This document shows positions 39,800 through 49,739 of a stretch of 64,000 nucleotides of DNA, piece by piece (the stretch's first letter is position 1; every line of letters begins with the position of its first letter). Location of the stretch: contig JAKBVZ010000036.1 of the NCBI GenBank assembly GCA_021841005.1, forward strand, positions 33,933-97,932. The letters run 5' to 3'. The translations under genes were made by a program, and so were the position numbers. The stretch is from Actinomycetes bacterium (lineage in GTDB: Bacteria; Actinomycetota; Acidimicrobiia; Acidimicrobiales; JAMCPL01). The notes beneath the pieces were generated by a model. That model was not told the origin of the DNA. It saw only the letters and a list, made by a program, of their open reading frames with translations, and did not search any database.

Positions 39800-41122
39800 A
39801 TGCAGGCCGTTGGGAGTCCGGATCAATGGGATACAGGAGTGGCTGGCGGAATGACAACCAGGATGGCCAGTGAGAAGCCGGCAGGCATGGCTGACTGGCC
39901 AGAGGCCGGAACCGGCGCCAAGGCAAGGATGGAAGTTCCTGACAGCGAGAGCATCCTTCGCAGCGTAGAGCAAGTACGGGCAGCCGGCATATCATGCGTT
40001 GAAATCATAGCATGGCGCGATGCCGACGATCCTGAGGCGGGTGGATCTGAGATGCATGCTCACAGGGTGGCCTCGGAGTGGGCGGGCGCTGGACTGGATG
40101 TGGTCATGCGCACTTCAAGGGCGCCAGGTCGTGCTGAGCTGGAATGGCGCAACGATTACAGGGTGGTCAGGAGATCGGGCCGTTACTGGGTGTTTCCGAG
40201 GACGTTCCTGGAACTCTCCACTGGAATTGGATACCCGGCTGAGGCTGATGCAGTGGTGGAAGTATGGAACGGCATGCCATTCCTTGGGCCGCTCGCCACC
40301 CGAAAACCCCATGTCACAATCTTGCACCATGTGCATGCCAAGATGTGGAACATGGTTCTACCTCCGATGCTGGCGTGGATGGGTAGGACGGTGGAATTGA
40401 AGCTGGCGCCAAAAGCATACAGGTCCAGCCGGATAATCACCCTGTCCGAGTCATCGCGAGGCGAGATAGCATCCACATTGGGCATCCCCGTACAGCACAT
40501 ACGGGTCGTGCCTCCGGGCGTAGATCCCGGTTTCTCTCCGGGTAGGACAAAGGCTCCCTATCCTCTGGTGATTGCCGTAGGAAGGCTGGTGCCTGTAAAG
40601 CGGTTCGATCGGCTCATCGAGAGCTTGGCGGCCGTCAAGCAGGAGATACCTGACCTGAAGGCAATCATAGTCGGTGAGGGCTACGAGAGGCCAAAGCTGG
40701 AAAGTATACGTGCCTTATATGGAGCGGATGGATGGATACGGATGCCAGGGAGGCTCTCCGATGCAGCACTGGTGGACATCTACCGTAGTGCATGGATGGT
40801 GGTGTCCACTTCCAGCAAGGAGGGATGGGGCATGACGGTTACCGAAGCAGGTGCTTGTGGTACCCCGGCAGTAGTGACCGACATCGTGGGCCACAGGGAT
40901 GCAGTGATACATGGGGTAAGCGGCCTGCTGGTGCCTGCTTCAGAATCGTTACCGCAAGTCATCAAGCGCGTTATCCAGGATGAAGTGTTGCGCGAAACGC
41001 TCTCCGTCGGCGCACATAAATACGCGCGGACTCTTACCTGGAAGGCGACGGCCACAGCGATACTCGATGAACTGGTTGCTGCGGCACAACAGCGTAGAGC
41101 TAGTGGTCTGTCCCGCAAATAA
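39800..41122 (+). CDS. GT4 glycosyltransferase (Rv0225-like)
   Basis: WRDxDDPEAGGSE, EVWNGMPF, HHVH, GRLVPVK, EGWGMTVTEA. Start uncertain. Confidence 0.9.
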   Translation: MQAVGSPDQWDTGVAGGMTTRMASEKPAGMADWPEAGTGAKARMEVPDSESILRSVEQVRAAGISCVEIIAWRDADDPEAGGSEMHAHRVASEWAGAGLDVVMRTSRAPGRAELEWRNDYRVVRRSGRYWVFPRTFLELSTGIGYPAEADAVVEVWNGMPFLGPLATRKPHVTILHHVHAKMWNMVLPPMLAWMGRTVELKLAPKAYRSSRIITLSESSRGEIASTLGIPVQHIRVVPPGVDPGFSPGRTKAPYPLVIAVGRLVPVKRFDRLIESLAAVKQEIPDLKAIIVGEGYERPKLESIRALYGADGWIRMPGRLSDAALVDIYRSAWMVVSTSSKEGWGMTVTEAGACGTPAVVTDIVGHRDAVIHGVSGLLVPASESLPQVIKRVIQDEVLRETLSVGAHKYARTLTWKATATAILDELVAAAQQRRASGLSRK

Positions 41123-41226
41123 CCATGGGTTCCCGCCAGCCAGATGACACCCCTGACTTGCCGGATAATGTCATGCTATTTACAGGACAGACCACTAGGA
41201 AATCCACAGCATCGCCGCGGTAGTGC

Positions 41227-42735
41227 TCAAGCCCAGGGCGTCTCGGCAATATAGCTGGAAAAGCCAAGTTTCCCTGGGTTGAGGATGCCAGTAGGGTCAA
41301 AGGCGTCCTTGAGTGCTTCCATGACCTTCCATGTGGAGCCCATTGCGTCCCGGAGATATCTGGAACGTTGGATACCGATGCCGTGGTGATGACTGATGGT
41401 GCCGCCTGCCTGCATGACCGCCGCCATTACGCGTTGCCAGGCAGCATTGTAATACGCTTCTGCAGTCGCAGCGGTTCTTTCCCCGTCCATCTGACCCGCG
41501 AAAGTCATGTAGATGCATGCACCATCGATGTAACTATGGGACAGGTGTGCTGACGCATACAATGTACCCTCGAGCGAGTGGAGTGACTCCATGCATCCGG
41601 TGTAAAGACTGTGGAGCTTGGACCATGATGCGGCCACTTCTATTGTATCCACAACTATCCCGCTCTTGTATAGAGGTGCCAGAGCGGAAACGTCGTTACG
41701 CTTCTCGAACCACCGGTCGACCAGGCCCGTATCGGCTATCTCGCCACCCTGTGCGGCGCACTCTCGGTTCACAGCTGCACCTGTCCAGTCCAGGAGTCCC
41801 TGGTCTGCTTCATCGTACACAATAAGGATCGAAACCCCATCAGTTCCAAAGTGCAAGGCCGACTCGTCGCTATCGTACAGCCTCAATACTGCAGGAGTGG
41901 CACCGCTGCGCAATATCATCCTGCAAGCTTCCAGCCCATCCGAGAAGCGGGTGAACGACCAGGCTTGCCGGCAGCTTGCTGTCGGTACGGGGTGGATGGC
42001 AAGTGACGCCTCGGTGATGACCCCCAAGGTGCCTTCCGAGCCCATGAAGAGATGGTTGAGGTCGGGCCCGGTGGAGCTTCTGGGTGCAGTGTAACCCGTA
42101 TGTATGATCGAAGAATCCGCCAGCACTACCTGTAGGCTTCTAGCCATGTCCTCCATCTTGCCATAGCGTGTCGAATACTGGCCAGCTGACCTGCAGGCCA
42201 GCCAACCACCTACGGTGGATATATCGAAGGATTGAGGCCAGTGACCGAGCGTGAATCCGTTGTGTTGCAACTCATCCTCGAGCGGGGGGCCGAATGTACC
42301 TGCCCTGACTCTCGCTGTAAGAGACTTGGAATCTATATCAAGTATTCCGGCCATAGTTGTCATGTCCAGTACTACTCCGCCGAACAGGGGTACTGCTCCA
42401 CCGCATACTCCTGAACGGCCTGCTGACGTGGTGACCGGTACGTGAGATTCCCTGCATACGGCAAGTATACTTGCGACCTCCTCCGCGCTTGCTGCAACAG
42501 CTACCGCTGCCGGCAGTGCAGGTACCGTGCCATCTATTGCCCACTTTATCGATATAGGCCACCAGTCCCTTGATGCTCCTTCCAGTGATGCATCGTCAGT
42601 AAGAACTACTTCGCAAATATCCTGCAGGCGCTCCAGGGTATCGTCATCTGGGATAACGCGAGGAACTTGCATGCGGCTGGGATGTCCAGCTGTGTTGCCA
42701 CTGCCTGCCAGCTCTACGGGCTGCTGACGGCCCAT
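41227..42735 (-). CDS. FAD-binding oxidoreductase (alkyl-DHAP synthase-like, VAO family)
   Basis: GRSGVCGG, GHWPQS, STVGGW, GQYSTRYG, GSEGTLGVIT, SHHHGIG, DPTGILNPGK. Confidence 0.9.
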   Translation of the reverse strand: MGRQQPVELAGSGNTAGHPSRMQVPRVIPDDDTLERLQDICEVVLTDDASLEGASRDWWPISIKWAIDGTVPALPAAVAVAASAEEVASILAVCRESHVPVTTSAGRSGVCGGAVPLFGGVVLDMTTMAGILDIDSKSLTARVRAGTFGPPLEDELQHNGFTLGHWPQSFDISTVGGWLACRSAGQYSTRYGKMEDMARSLQVVLADSSIIHTGYTAPRSSTGPDLNHLFMGSEGTLGVITEASLAIHPVPTASCRQAWSFTRFSDGLEACRMILRSGATPAVLRLYDSDESALHFGTDGVSILIVYDEADQGLLDWTGAAVNRECAAQGGEIADTGLVDRWFEKRNDVSALAPLYKSGIVVDTIEVAASWSKLHSLYTGCMESLHSLEGTLYASAHLSHSYIDGACIYMTFAGQMDGERTAATAEAYYNAAWQRVMAAVMQAGGTISHHHGIGIQRSRYLRDAMGSTWKVMEALKDAFDPTGILNPGKLGFSSYIAETPWA

Positions 42736-42762
42736 ATCGCGCGTGGTGTCCCTGGAGGCATC

Positions 42763-44616
42763 TCAGCCCCCCTCATCGGCTTTACCCGCAGGTGCGGTCT
42801 GAGAAAGGCCGCGAGCACGGCCAGTGCCTGCGCTGGCCCTCGAGTCGGCAGGAGAAAATGAAGGTGGTAAAGTATCTGGCGAGTTGTAGATCTGAGCCTG
42901 ATGCTCGAGATCGCCGGTAAAGCTGTCTATTTCGTGTTGCACGTCAGATGGATCTCTCTGCCACGCTGCTGCCAGGGCGTCGCGCATGGTGTGAGCGGCT
43001 TCGCACGCTGCAGATGCATCCATGAGGGATAGGCGCATCCTTCGAGAAAAGACATCCTCAACCGTGCAGGCCATTTCCTTCTTTACCGCCCAGATGGCTT
43101 CCATCCTCAGATAGGGCGCTTCAGGGGAGAGAGGCTCCAGCGATCCTGGGTAGGAAGAGGCAAGCTCCACAAGGTTGGGCGTTTCGGTACCGTAGCGACT
43201 TACCAGGTGCGCCAGCCGATCAGGCTGGAGGCCCAGTCGATCGGCAGTGCTCGGTGCCAGAAGCTCCCTGAGAGCCAGGGTGTCTCCAGATCCAGCGATT
43301 CGTAGGTGCCGCGTTGCCGATCTGCCGGCGCCTGCAAACGTGGAAAGCGATCTTGCGGCCATGGCTCTGTCGACCGCCTCCTCCGCCATCTTCCTGTATG
43401 TGGTCAGCTTGCCGCCGGTAACCGTTACCAGGCCGCTACTGGACACCTGCACGCTGTGATGCCTGGATAGGTCAGCGGTACGATTTGATCGCTTGCCACC
43501 TGACCCACCAGCGAGCAGGGGGCGTACACCTGCCCAGCTTGCCGTGATGTCCGAGCGGGTGAGGCAGTTGTCGAGATGGGAGTTCACGGCATCGAGCAGG
43601 TAATCGACATCGTCGCTGGAGCACGGCGGATCATCTATCGACCCTTGCCAATCGGTATCGGTGGTACCTATATAGGCATAAGATCCATCGTTCCACGGTA
43701 TGACAAAGATACTCCTGCGGTCGCTTCGGACCGGTAGCACGGCTGCTGATTTTACAGGAAGCCTTGATAGCTTGAATGAGAGATGCACACCCTTGGCGGG
43801 CCTGATGGTCCTGCCGTGGCCTCCTGTGTCCATGGCTCGTACGCTGTCCACCCAGGCGCCAGTGGCGTTCACGACCACATTTGCCCGTATCTCGAAGTCG
43901 GTGCCGGGCTCCTGCGAATTGCTGTAGGGTAAGCGTGAACCAGCGGAAACTGCACGGACGAACCCAGCGCTGTCATGCAGCAACCCGGTCGCTTCTACGT
44001 AGTTGGCACACACCCCGCCATAGTGTCGTGCAGCTGTTGTCAGGATGGCAAGAGTGAGGCGTGCATCGTCTCCGCTTGCATCGTAGTACATGAACCCGCT
44101 CTCAACGCGGTCCTTGCCGAGAGCGGGCAGCAGATCTAACACATCACCTTGCGATAAGCGCGAGTGGAGTTTCCCTATGCGCATGCCGCCCGTGAGGTCG
44201 TACATCCATAATGCAGCGGAGATGGCTGCAGTTGTGGATAGCGTTACCCCAGGACGTTTCGAGGAGAAAATAGGGATGACGAAAGGAAGCGGTTTCACAA
44301 GGTGCGGCGCGTTGTCGAGGAGGCGCTGGCGCTCGTGCAGGGCTTCATACACGAGAGTGAAGTCACCATGCTGGAGGTAGCGAAGGCCGCCATGTACGAG
44401 CTTGGACGACCTGGATGACGTGCCTGAAGCGAAGTCATTGCGTTCGATAAGAGCGACCTTCAAGCCTCTTGCTGCGGCATCCAGCGCGGTCCCAGCCCCG
44501 GTGATACCTCCTCCAATCACCAGCAGGTCGAATGTTTCGCTTTGCAACCTTTGCAAGGCCGTGTTCCGGTCCAACGCATCGTCGGTAGCTGGTCGAGCAC
44601 GGTACATACGGGTCAC
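42763..44616 (-). CDS. glpD: FAD-dependent glycerol-3-phosphate dehydrogenase
   Basis: IGGGITGAG, DFASGTSSRSSKLVHGGLRYL, DDARL, GTTD, AGVRPL, GGKLTTYR. Confidence 0.95.
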   Translation of the reverse strand: MTRMYRARPATDDALDRNTALQRLQSETFDLLVIGGGITGAGTALDAAARGLKVALIERNDFASGTSSRSSKLVHGGLRYLQHGDFTLVYEALHERQRLLDNAPHLVKPLPFVIPIFSSKRPGVTLSTTAAISAALWMYDLTGGMRIGKLHSRLSQGDVLDLLPALGKDRVESGFMYYDASGDDARLTLAILTTAARHYGGVCANYVEATGLLHDSAGFVRAVSAGSRLPYSNSQEPGTDFEIRANVVVNATGAWVDSVRAMDTGGHGRTIRPAKGVHLSFKLSRLPVKSAAVLPVRSDRRSIFVIPWNDGSYAYIGTTDTDWQGSIDDPPCSSDDVDYLLDAVNSHLDNCLTRSDITASWAGVRPLLAGGSGGKRSNRTADLSRHHSVQVSSSGLVTVTGGKLTTYRKMAEEAVDRAMAARSLSTFAGAGRSATRHLRIAGSGDTLALRELLAPSTADRLGLQPDRLAHLVSRYGTETPNLVELASSYPGSLEPLSPEAPYLRMEAIWAVKKEMACTVEDVFSRRMRLSLMDASAACEAAHTMRDALAAAWQRDPSDVQHEIDSFTGDLEHQAQIYNSPDTLPPSFSPADSRASAGTGRARGLSQTAPAGKADEGG

Positions 44617-44773
44617 TGTCTTGCGGCTTCCGGCCTTACCTGCACATACCCCTGCAGGGCTGGTCGAGCACGGTACATACGGGTCACTGTCTTGCGGCTT
44701 CCGGCCTTACCTGCACATACCCCTGCAGGGCTGGTCGAGCACGGTACATACGGGTCACTGTCTTGCGGCTTCC
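44588..44773. repeat. Repeat-insert-repeat unit 8, expanded (44 bp x3 with an identical 27-bp insert x2, period 71) at the glpD start
   Basis: GCTGGTCGAGCACGGTACATACGGGTCACTGTCTTGCGGCTTCC at 44588, 44659 and 44730, all perfect. Confidence 0.95.
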
Positions 44774-44845
44774 TTCACGACACTATATTACCGGCTGGTA
44801 TGCCGCTCATCCAATCGGTCAGGACAAATGCACATCAATATCACT

Positions 44846-44860
44846 TGAGAGTGACTATCA
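44846..44860. promoter_or_regulatory. Putative Fur/Per-type 7-1-7 box upstream of the fur-family gene
   Basis: TGAGAGT-G-ACTATCA, a near-perfect inverted repeat resembling TGATAATnATTATCA. Confidence 0.55.
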
Positions 44861-44897
44861 TTAAGGATATGCCTGCTAAGATGTAACAACAGTCATC

Positions 44898-45362
44898 ATG
44901 AAAGAGATGAATGAATTGGTGGAGATGTTCAGGGAACGTGGATACAGGATCACCCCGCAACGCCAATGTGTGTTCAGGCTGCTGCAGGGGAATACCTCGC
45001 ATCCATCCGCAGAAAGTATTTATCGTGAGGCGAGAAAGGAAATGAGTTCCCTGTCGCTCCAGACGGTGTACAGGACACTGGCGGAACTGGTGTCTCTGGG
45101 GGAACTCATTCCCGTAGACCTGGGTACCGGAACGGTCAGATTCGATCCCTTTGTGGAGGTGCCCCATCATCACCTGGTGTGCCGATCATGCGGCAAGGTG
45201 AGTGATCTTTTCGCCGATCTCCGGCCACCGGATATGCCGGAAGGTTATGCGCAGGATTTCGAGGTTTCATCTACCGAGATTGTATTTCGTGGCATATGCA
45301 AAGCATGCATGGCCAGTAGAGAGGATCTGGGAGAACGGGAGTACCGGGTTTCCAGTAAGTAG
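44898..45362 (+). CDS. Fur/PerR family regulator
   Basis: GYRITPQR, HPSAE, TVYRTL, HHHLVCRSCG, GICKAC. Confidence 0.93.
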   Translation: MKEMNELVEMFRERGYRITPQRQCVFRLLQGNTSHPSAESIYREARKEMSSLSLQTVYRTLAELVSLGELIPVDLGTGTVRFDPFVEVPHHHLVCRSCGKVSDLFADLRPPDMPEGYAQDFEVSSTEIVFRGICKACMASREDLGEREYRVSSK

Positions 45363-45420
45363 TACAATATCATGTATTGTACAAATATAGGTAATATAGA
45401 CAACAACTAGAAATGGAGGA

Positions 45421-45849
45421 ATGACAAACATGGCATCTTTAAAAGGATCCAAGACTGAAACCAACCTGAAAGAAGCTTTTGCCGGTGAGAGCCAAGCAAA
45501 CCGCCGTTACATGTACTTTGCCCGTAAGGCGGACGTAGAGGGCTATCCGGAAGTGGCGGCGCTCTTTCGCTCGGTGGGAGAGGGCGAGACGGGGCATGCC
45601 TTTGGCCATTTTGATTACCTGAGCGAGGTTGGCGACCCTGTCACGGGTCATGCAGTAGGCTCTACAACCGACAACCTGCGGTCTGCGATTGAGGGCGAGA
45701 CCTACGAATACACGGAGATGTATCCTGGTTTCGCTAGAACGGCTCGCGATGAAGGTTTTGAAGAAATTGGGGAATGGTTTGAGACTCTTGCACGCGCAGA
45801 GAAGAGCCATGCTGGTAAGTTTAAGGAAGGGTTGGAGTCGATCGTCTGA
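45421..45849 (+). CDS. rbr: Rubrerythrin (short form, no rubredoxin domain)
   Basis: [44 protein letters not shown] Shine-Dalgarno. Confidence 0.93.
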   Translation: MTNMASLKGSKTETNLKEAFAGESQANRRYMYFARKADVEGYPEVAALFRSVGEGETGHAFGHFDYLSEVGDPVTGHAVGSTTDNLRSAIEGETYEYTEMYPGFARTARDEGFEEIGEWFETLARAEKSHAGKFKEGLESIV

Positions 45850-45948
45850 ATTCCCCCCCGTATTCGGTCGGTCGAGCTGGTTGCAGGATCCCTCCCCGCG
45901 CAACCAGCTTCTCCAACCCTGCTGTGTGCAGTGAGGTAGTGTGGTACT

Positions 45949-47511
45949 GTGTCTACAACCTACAATCCTGATGATCTTCCGTTCTCGGACCCTGGCGACC
46001 TGCGCCAGGAATTGGGAAGGGTGTTCGAAATCTGCCATGGCTGCAGGGTCTGTTTCAATCTATGCCCATCGTTCAACGATCTATTCAATGCAATAGATCG
46101 GTACGATGGGCAGCCCGCGCGCATGACCTTTGCTGAGCAGGACAAGGTTACACAGGAATGCTACCAGTGCAAACTCTGCGCTCTCCGGTGCCCGTACGTC
46201 CCCCCGCACGAATGGTTGGTGGATTTCCCGAAGCTGATGATGCGTGCGATGATCCAGAGGCGGGTAGCCGGCCATATGCCTCTTAGGGAAAGGATATCTG
46301 ATGAAGTACTTTCCAGAACGGATCTTTCCGGCAGGGTGGCAACGGCATTTGCGGATCTCGTCAATCCTGTGCTCGCAGCCAGGAACGGCACTGCGCGTAA
46401 AGTAATGGATATCACATCGGGCGTATCCTCCCAACGGCTGCTGCCGCCTTACGCGAAACGGAGATTCTCGACATGGTTCAGGAGAGACCACGTCGAGAAG
46501 GTGGCGATACGGGGAAGTCGAACCATCGCACAACAAGTAGACAGCGATGGAGAGGATGCCAGCGTGAGCGGTGCCAGCGTGAATCGTGGAGGTGAGGTTG
46601 GAGCGCTGGAGTCCAACAGCGCTACAGTTCATATAGGAGAGAGTGCAGGATCAAGTTTGCCGGTTACCGGGCCCGCGACGTACAAGCGAGAAGTGGCCAT
46701 ATTCCCTACCTGTTTCGTAGAGTACATGGACCCTGGTATAGGCAGGGATCTGGTAGGCGTTCTGGAGCATACCGGAACAGCTTGTACCTTGCCGCAGGGA
46801 ATCCGGTGTTGTGGGGCCCCCTGGCTTCACTCCGGCCGTATCGATCGATTCCGCAAAGTTGCAAAAGCAAACATCGAAGCCATGCAGGATAGCATGAAAC
46901 GTGGCAGTCCGGTCATAGTACCCCAAGCTACCTGCGGCTATGTCATGCGAAAGGACTACCCAGCCCTGATCGACGGTGAGGAAGCGAAGCTTCTGGCATC
47001 TCGGGTACGTGACCCGGCTGAATACCTACTGGATCTGCGCCGGACAGAGAGGGAGGTCTTTGACAGCTCATTTCCGCCCGAAGTTGTCGGGGGTGCCGGC
47101 GAATCTGGAGTTGCCCGCCGAGCTGGTCTACAGTTAGATGGAGGGACTGGCGACGTAGCAGGGAAGGTGGGCTCTCCAGAAAATAAGGCGATCACCTATC
47201 ACGTCGCCTGCCATACTCAAGCTCAGGGAATTGGATTGAAGGAGCGTGACCTCCTCAAGCTGGCTGGTTACGAGGTCAACCTGGTCAACAAGTGCGCCGG
47301 CATAGATGGTACATGGGGGTACAGGTCGAAGAACTATTCTTTGGCCCGTGGTGTCGCTCAACCGATGAAGAGGGCGATAGAAGGTGGTGGTAGCGATGAT
47401 GTGTGCGGGGATTGCCACCTGGCAAACTACGCCATCCTCGAGGAGACCGGTATCCGACCGGTGCATCCTATCCAGGCGATAGCTCGTGCGTATGGCATAT
47501 ATCCAGATTGA
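45949..47511 (+). CDS. Rubrerythrin-associated Fe-S oxidoreductase (GlpC/HdrD-like)
   Basis: [11 protein letters not shown] and [12 protein letters not shown] clusters, CCG domains. Confidence 0.88.
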   Translation: MSTTYNPDDLPFSDPGDLRQELGRVFEICHGCRVCFNLCPSFNDLFNAIDRYDGQPARMTFAEQDKVTQECYQCKLCALRCPYVPPHEWLVDFPKLMMRAMIQRRVAGHMPLRERISDEVLSRTDLSGRVATAFADLVNPVLAARNGTARKVMDITSGVSSQRLLPPYAKRRFSTWFRRDHVEKVAIRGSRTIAQQVDSDGEDASVSGASVNRGGEVGALESNSATVHIGESAGSSLPVTGPATYKREVAIFPTCFVEYMDPGIGRDLVGVLEHTGTACTLPQGIRCCGAPWLHSGRIDRFRKVAKANIEAMQDSMKRGSPVIVPQATCGYVMRKDYPALIDGEEAKLLASRVRDPAEYLLDLRRTEREVFDSSFPPEVVGGAGESGVARRAGLQLDGGTGDVAGKVGSPENKAITYHVACHTQAQGIGLKERDLLKLAGYEVNLVNKCAGIDGTWGYRSKNYSLARGVAQPMKRAIEGGGSDDVCGDCHLANYAILEETGIRPVHPIQAIARAYGIYPD

Positions 47512-47655
47512 CACTTGAGCTAACGAAGGCGCAAGTCCCTTCCGTGGTAGGACGGTCAAACGATAAAAGGCAAGCAACTATGCCTCTTGGCCTCTTGGTG
47601 AGCAGCGATGTTCAGGCAGGTGGAGGCGGGTGAACAGTAAAGGAGGAGTGATCAG

Positions 47656-48255
47656 ATGGATGAGCTTGTTCTGAACGACATATGGGACTTGCGTGAATAT
47701 GAAAGGCGAAGGAACGAGTACCGTTCCTGGATAATGGAGCGGAAGCGTAATCGCAGGGTCGCCCTAGGCGACTTCGTTACTCTGGTATTCGAGAACAGGG
47801 ACACCGTCAAGTTCCAGATCCAGGAGATGGTTCGAGCTGAGCGGATGATCAGCGATGAGCAGGTACAGGGGGAACTCGATATCTACAACGCCCTCATACC
47901 GGCCACAGGCGAGCTCTCGGCAACGTTGTTCCTGGAACTTGTGGATGAAGAGTCACTCCGCAACTGGCTTCCAAAATTAGCGTACATAGAGAGATCCATC
48001 GAATTGCACCTTGGTGGTGAGGATGGCAATGCCAAGGTTGTGACCTGCTTCCCCGAGAAAGCACATGAAGCGATGCTTACTAGGGAGGATGTGACATCGA
48101 CGGTTCACTACATACGATTCAAACTGGAAGGACCCGACATCGAGTCGCTTCGCAACGGCGGCGGCACACTTGTGGCAAACCATCCTTACTATAAAGCCAC
48201 CACTGAATTGGGCCGTCAGGTAGTTGACCAGCTACTGGCAGATCTGTCCGGCTGA
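47656..48255 (+). CDS. DUF3501 family protein
   Basis: FENRDTVKFQIQEMVRAER, YNALIP, STVHYIRF; typical position after rbr and the Fe-S oxidoreductase. Confidence 0.85.
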   Translation: MDELVLNDIWDLREYERRRNEYRSWIMERKRNRRVALGDFVTLVFENRDTVKFQIQEMVRAERMISDEQVQGELDIYNALIPATGELSATLFLELVDEESLRNWLPKLAYIERSIELHLGGEDGNAKVVTCFPEKAHEAMLTREDVTSTVHYIRFKLEGPDIESLRNGGGTLVANHPYYKATTELGRQVVDQLLADLSG

Positions 48256-48489
48256 TACATGACCTGTGGGCTCGGCATGGCCTTGAACTTACATGGCCTT
48301 GATACACAGCTACGTTGGACCGTATGTTGGACCGTATGCGCTCAGGTGGTGACCGTATCGTGAGCGACGATGCCTTGGTGCAAGGCATCGTGTCCAGTCA
48401 TTGCCGAGGTCGTTACTGGGTCTGCCGCCGTGTCCGGCGTGGCACGGCTACTGTTGCTGGGGCTTTAGCTGGCGTGGCTGCTGGAATAG

Positions 48490-49278
48490 TCATTGGCGGC
48501 GAGATGTCGTGGTGGCTCTGGCGCTGAGAGCGTTCAGCTTCTCTTGGCTTAGTGTAATGAATATACCTTCTGCCTCTGCTGTCAACTCCCCATTGTAGGA
48601 TATTTGTCCTACAGCAATAGTCTTTCGGCTGCCCTTTTCCTTGATGCTTGCCATGAGCTCCAAGGTGTGCCAGAGAGGCGTGGGTTTCCTATAGCGTATG
48701 TTCAATGTGCCCGTCATGGCAGGCGATCCGGCTGCGAAGTTGGCAAGACCCAGTAGCTCATCGAAAATTGCCGCGATAATTCCACCGTGCACGCAACCCG
48801 GAGGTCCCTGGTACGCGGTACCGAGCCACACTGTTCCCGTAATCTCCCCATTACTGTGGATGCTTGCTTTTACTGGAGGAGCCAATGGGTTGCATATCCC
48901 CATTACGGGGCTGAGGGGAACATAGTCGAGTGGATCTCGTTCGGGCGGCAGGTTCGTCGCTTTTGAGTTTACCAGTGCCATTTCCTCGGCTGTCGAACCA
49001 TGTTGTACCAATCCTGCCCGCAAAGGGTCTTCTACCGTATCCACTGCCACTCTGATGGTTGCCATCAGAGTGTCGTACTGGTGGCTGCTCAGACGGGATC
49101 TGGCAGTGAGGTCGATCAGTCGCCTTACTTGTATGGCCAGTTCGGCCTGTCCAGGAGTACCCTTGAAGTCGTTCGTAGCGACCACCGGTTCCGGCTCGAA
49201 TAATGTATTTCCCTCGGCGTTTGTCTCAGTGCCGGGAGTCTCTGAATTATCATATGGTACGCGTTGCATATAAACCAC
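48490..49278 (-). CDS. PaaI/hotdog-fold thioesterase
   Basis: NPLAPP, YQGPPGCVHGG, FDELLG, MTGTLNIRYRKPTP. Confidence 0.88.
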   Translation of the reverse strand: MVYMQRVPYDNSETPGTETNAEGNTLFEPEPVVATNDFKGTPGQAELAIQVRRLIDLTARSRLSSHQYDTLMATIRVAVDTVEDPLRAGLVQHGSTAEEMALVNSKATNLPPERDPLDYVPLSPVMGICNPLAPPVKASIHSNGEITGTVWLGTAYQGPPGCVHGGIIAAIFDELLGLANFAAGSPAMTGTLNIRYRKPTPLWHTLELMASIKEKGSRKTIAVGQISYNGELTAEAEGIFITLSQEKLNALSARATTTSRRQ

Positions 49279-49420
49279 CTTGCCTAATTTGCCTCGCCTT
49301 GTCCAGCCGGTGCCTTATATATGTCGAGGCCGTATAGCTATCAATGTGTCTCTACGCGATCAAGTATGGGCCGGTTGGATCTGGAGCACTCTTCATGGTA
49401 TCCACCACAACGGTCACGAG

Positions 49421-49660
49421 TGTCAAGCTCCAGTGAAACAGTCCGCACTGGCGAATTAGTCAACTAGAGGGCAGAGAAGAAATTACTCCAATGACTATCA
49501 CAACGACAACTGTTGGCGACACGAGCCACCAAAATGGTGGTGTGACCGAACCACCAACACCGAACCCCGAGGTTCTCGAGCGCTCCGCGGGACGCCGACA
49601 GTTCTCGGCCAAGTACAAGACCAGGATCCTCGCCGAGTACGAAGCGCTGCCTCGCCGGCT
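49421..49660 (+). mobile_element. IS3-family remnant (probable left end plus truncated orfA)
   Basis: PNPEVLERSAGRRQFSAKYKTRILAEYEA resembles the actinobacterial IS3 OrfA N-terminus. A TG-starting candidate end lies at 49421; no orfB. Confidence 0.65.
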
Positions 49661-49739
49661 CCCCTGTCACAACAGCTGGCAGTGTAAGTAACAGCGACGG
49701 AATCAACACGCTCAGGATATACAATAGCACCCGGGGCTC

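Noticed and set aside
32380-41122. Integrative island at tRNA-Lys
   Set aside because: No integrase and no duplicated tRNA 3' end seen.
44588-44773. Canonical CRISPR array
   Set aside because: Spacers are identical, the repeat is local glpD sequence, and there is no leader or cas gene.
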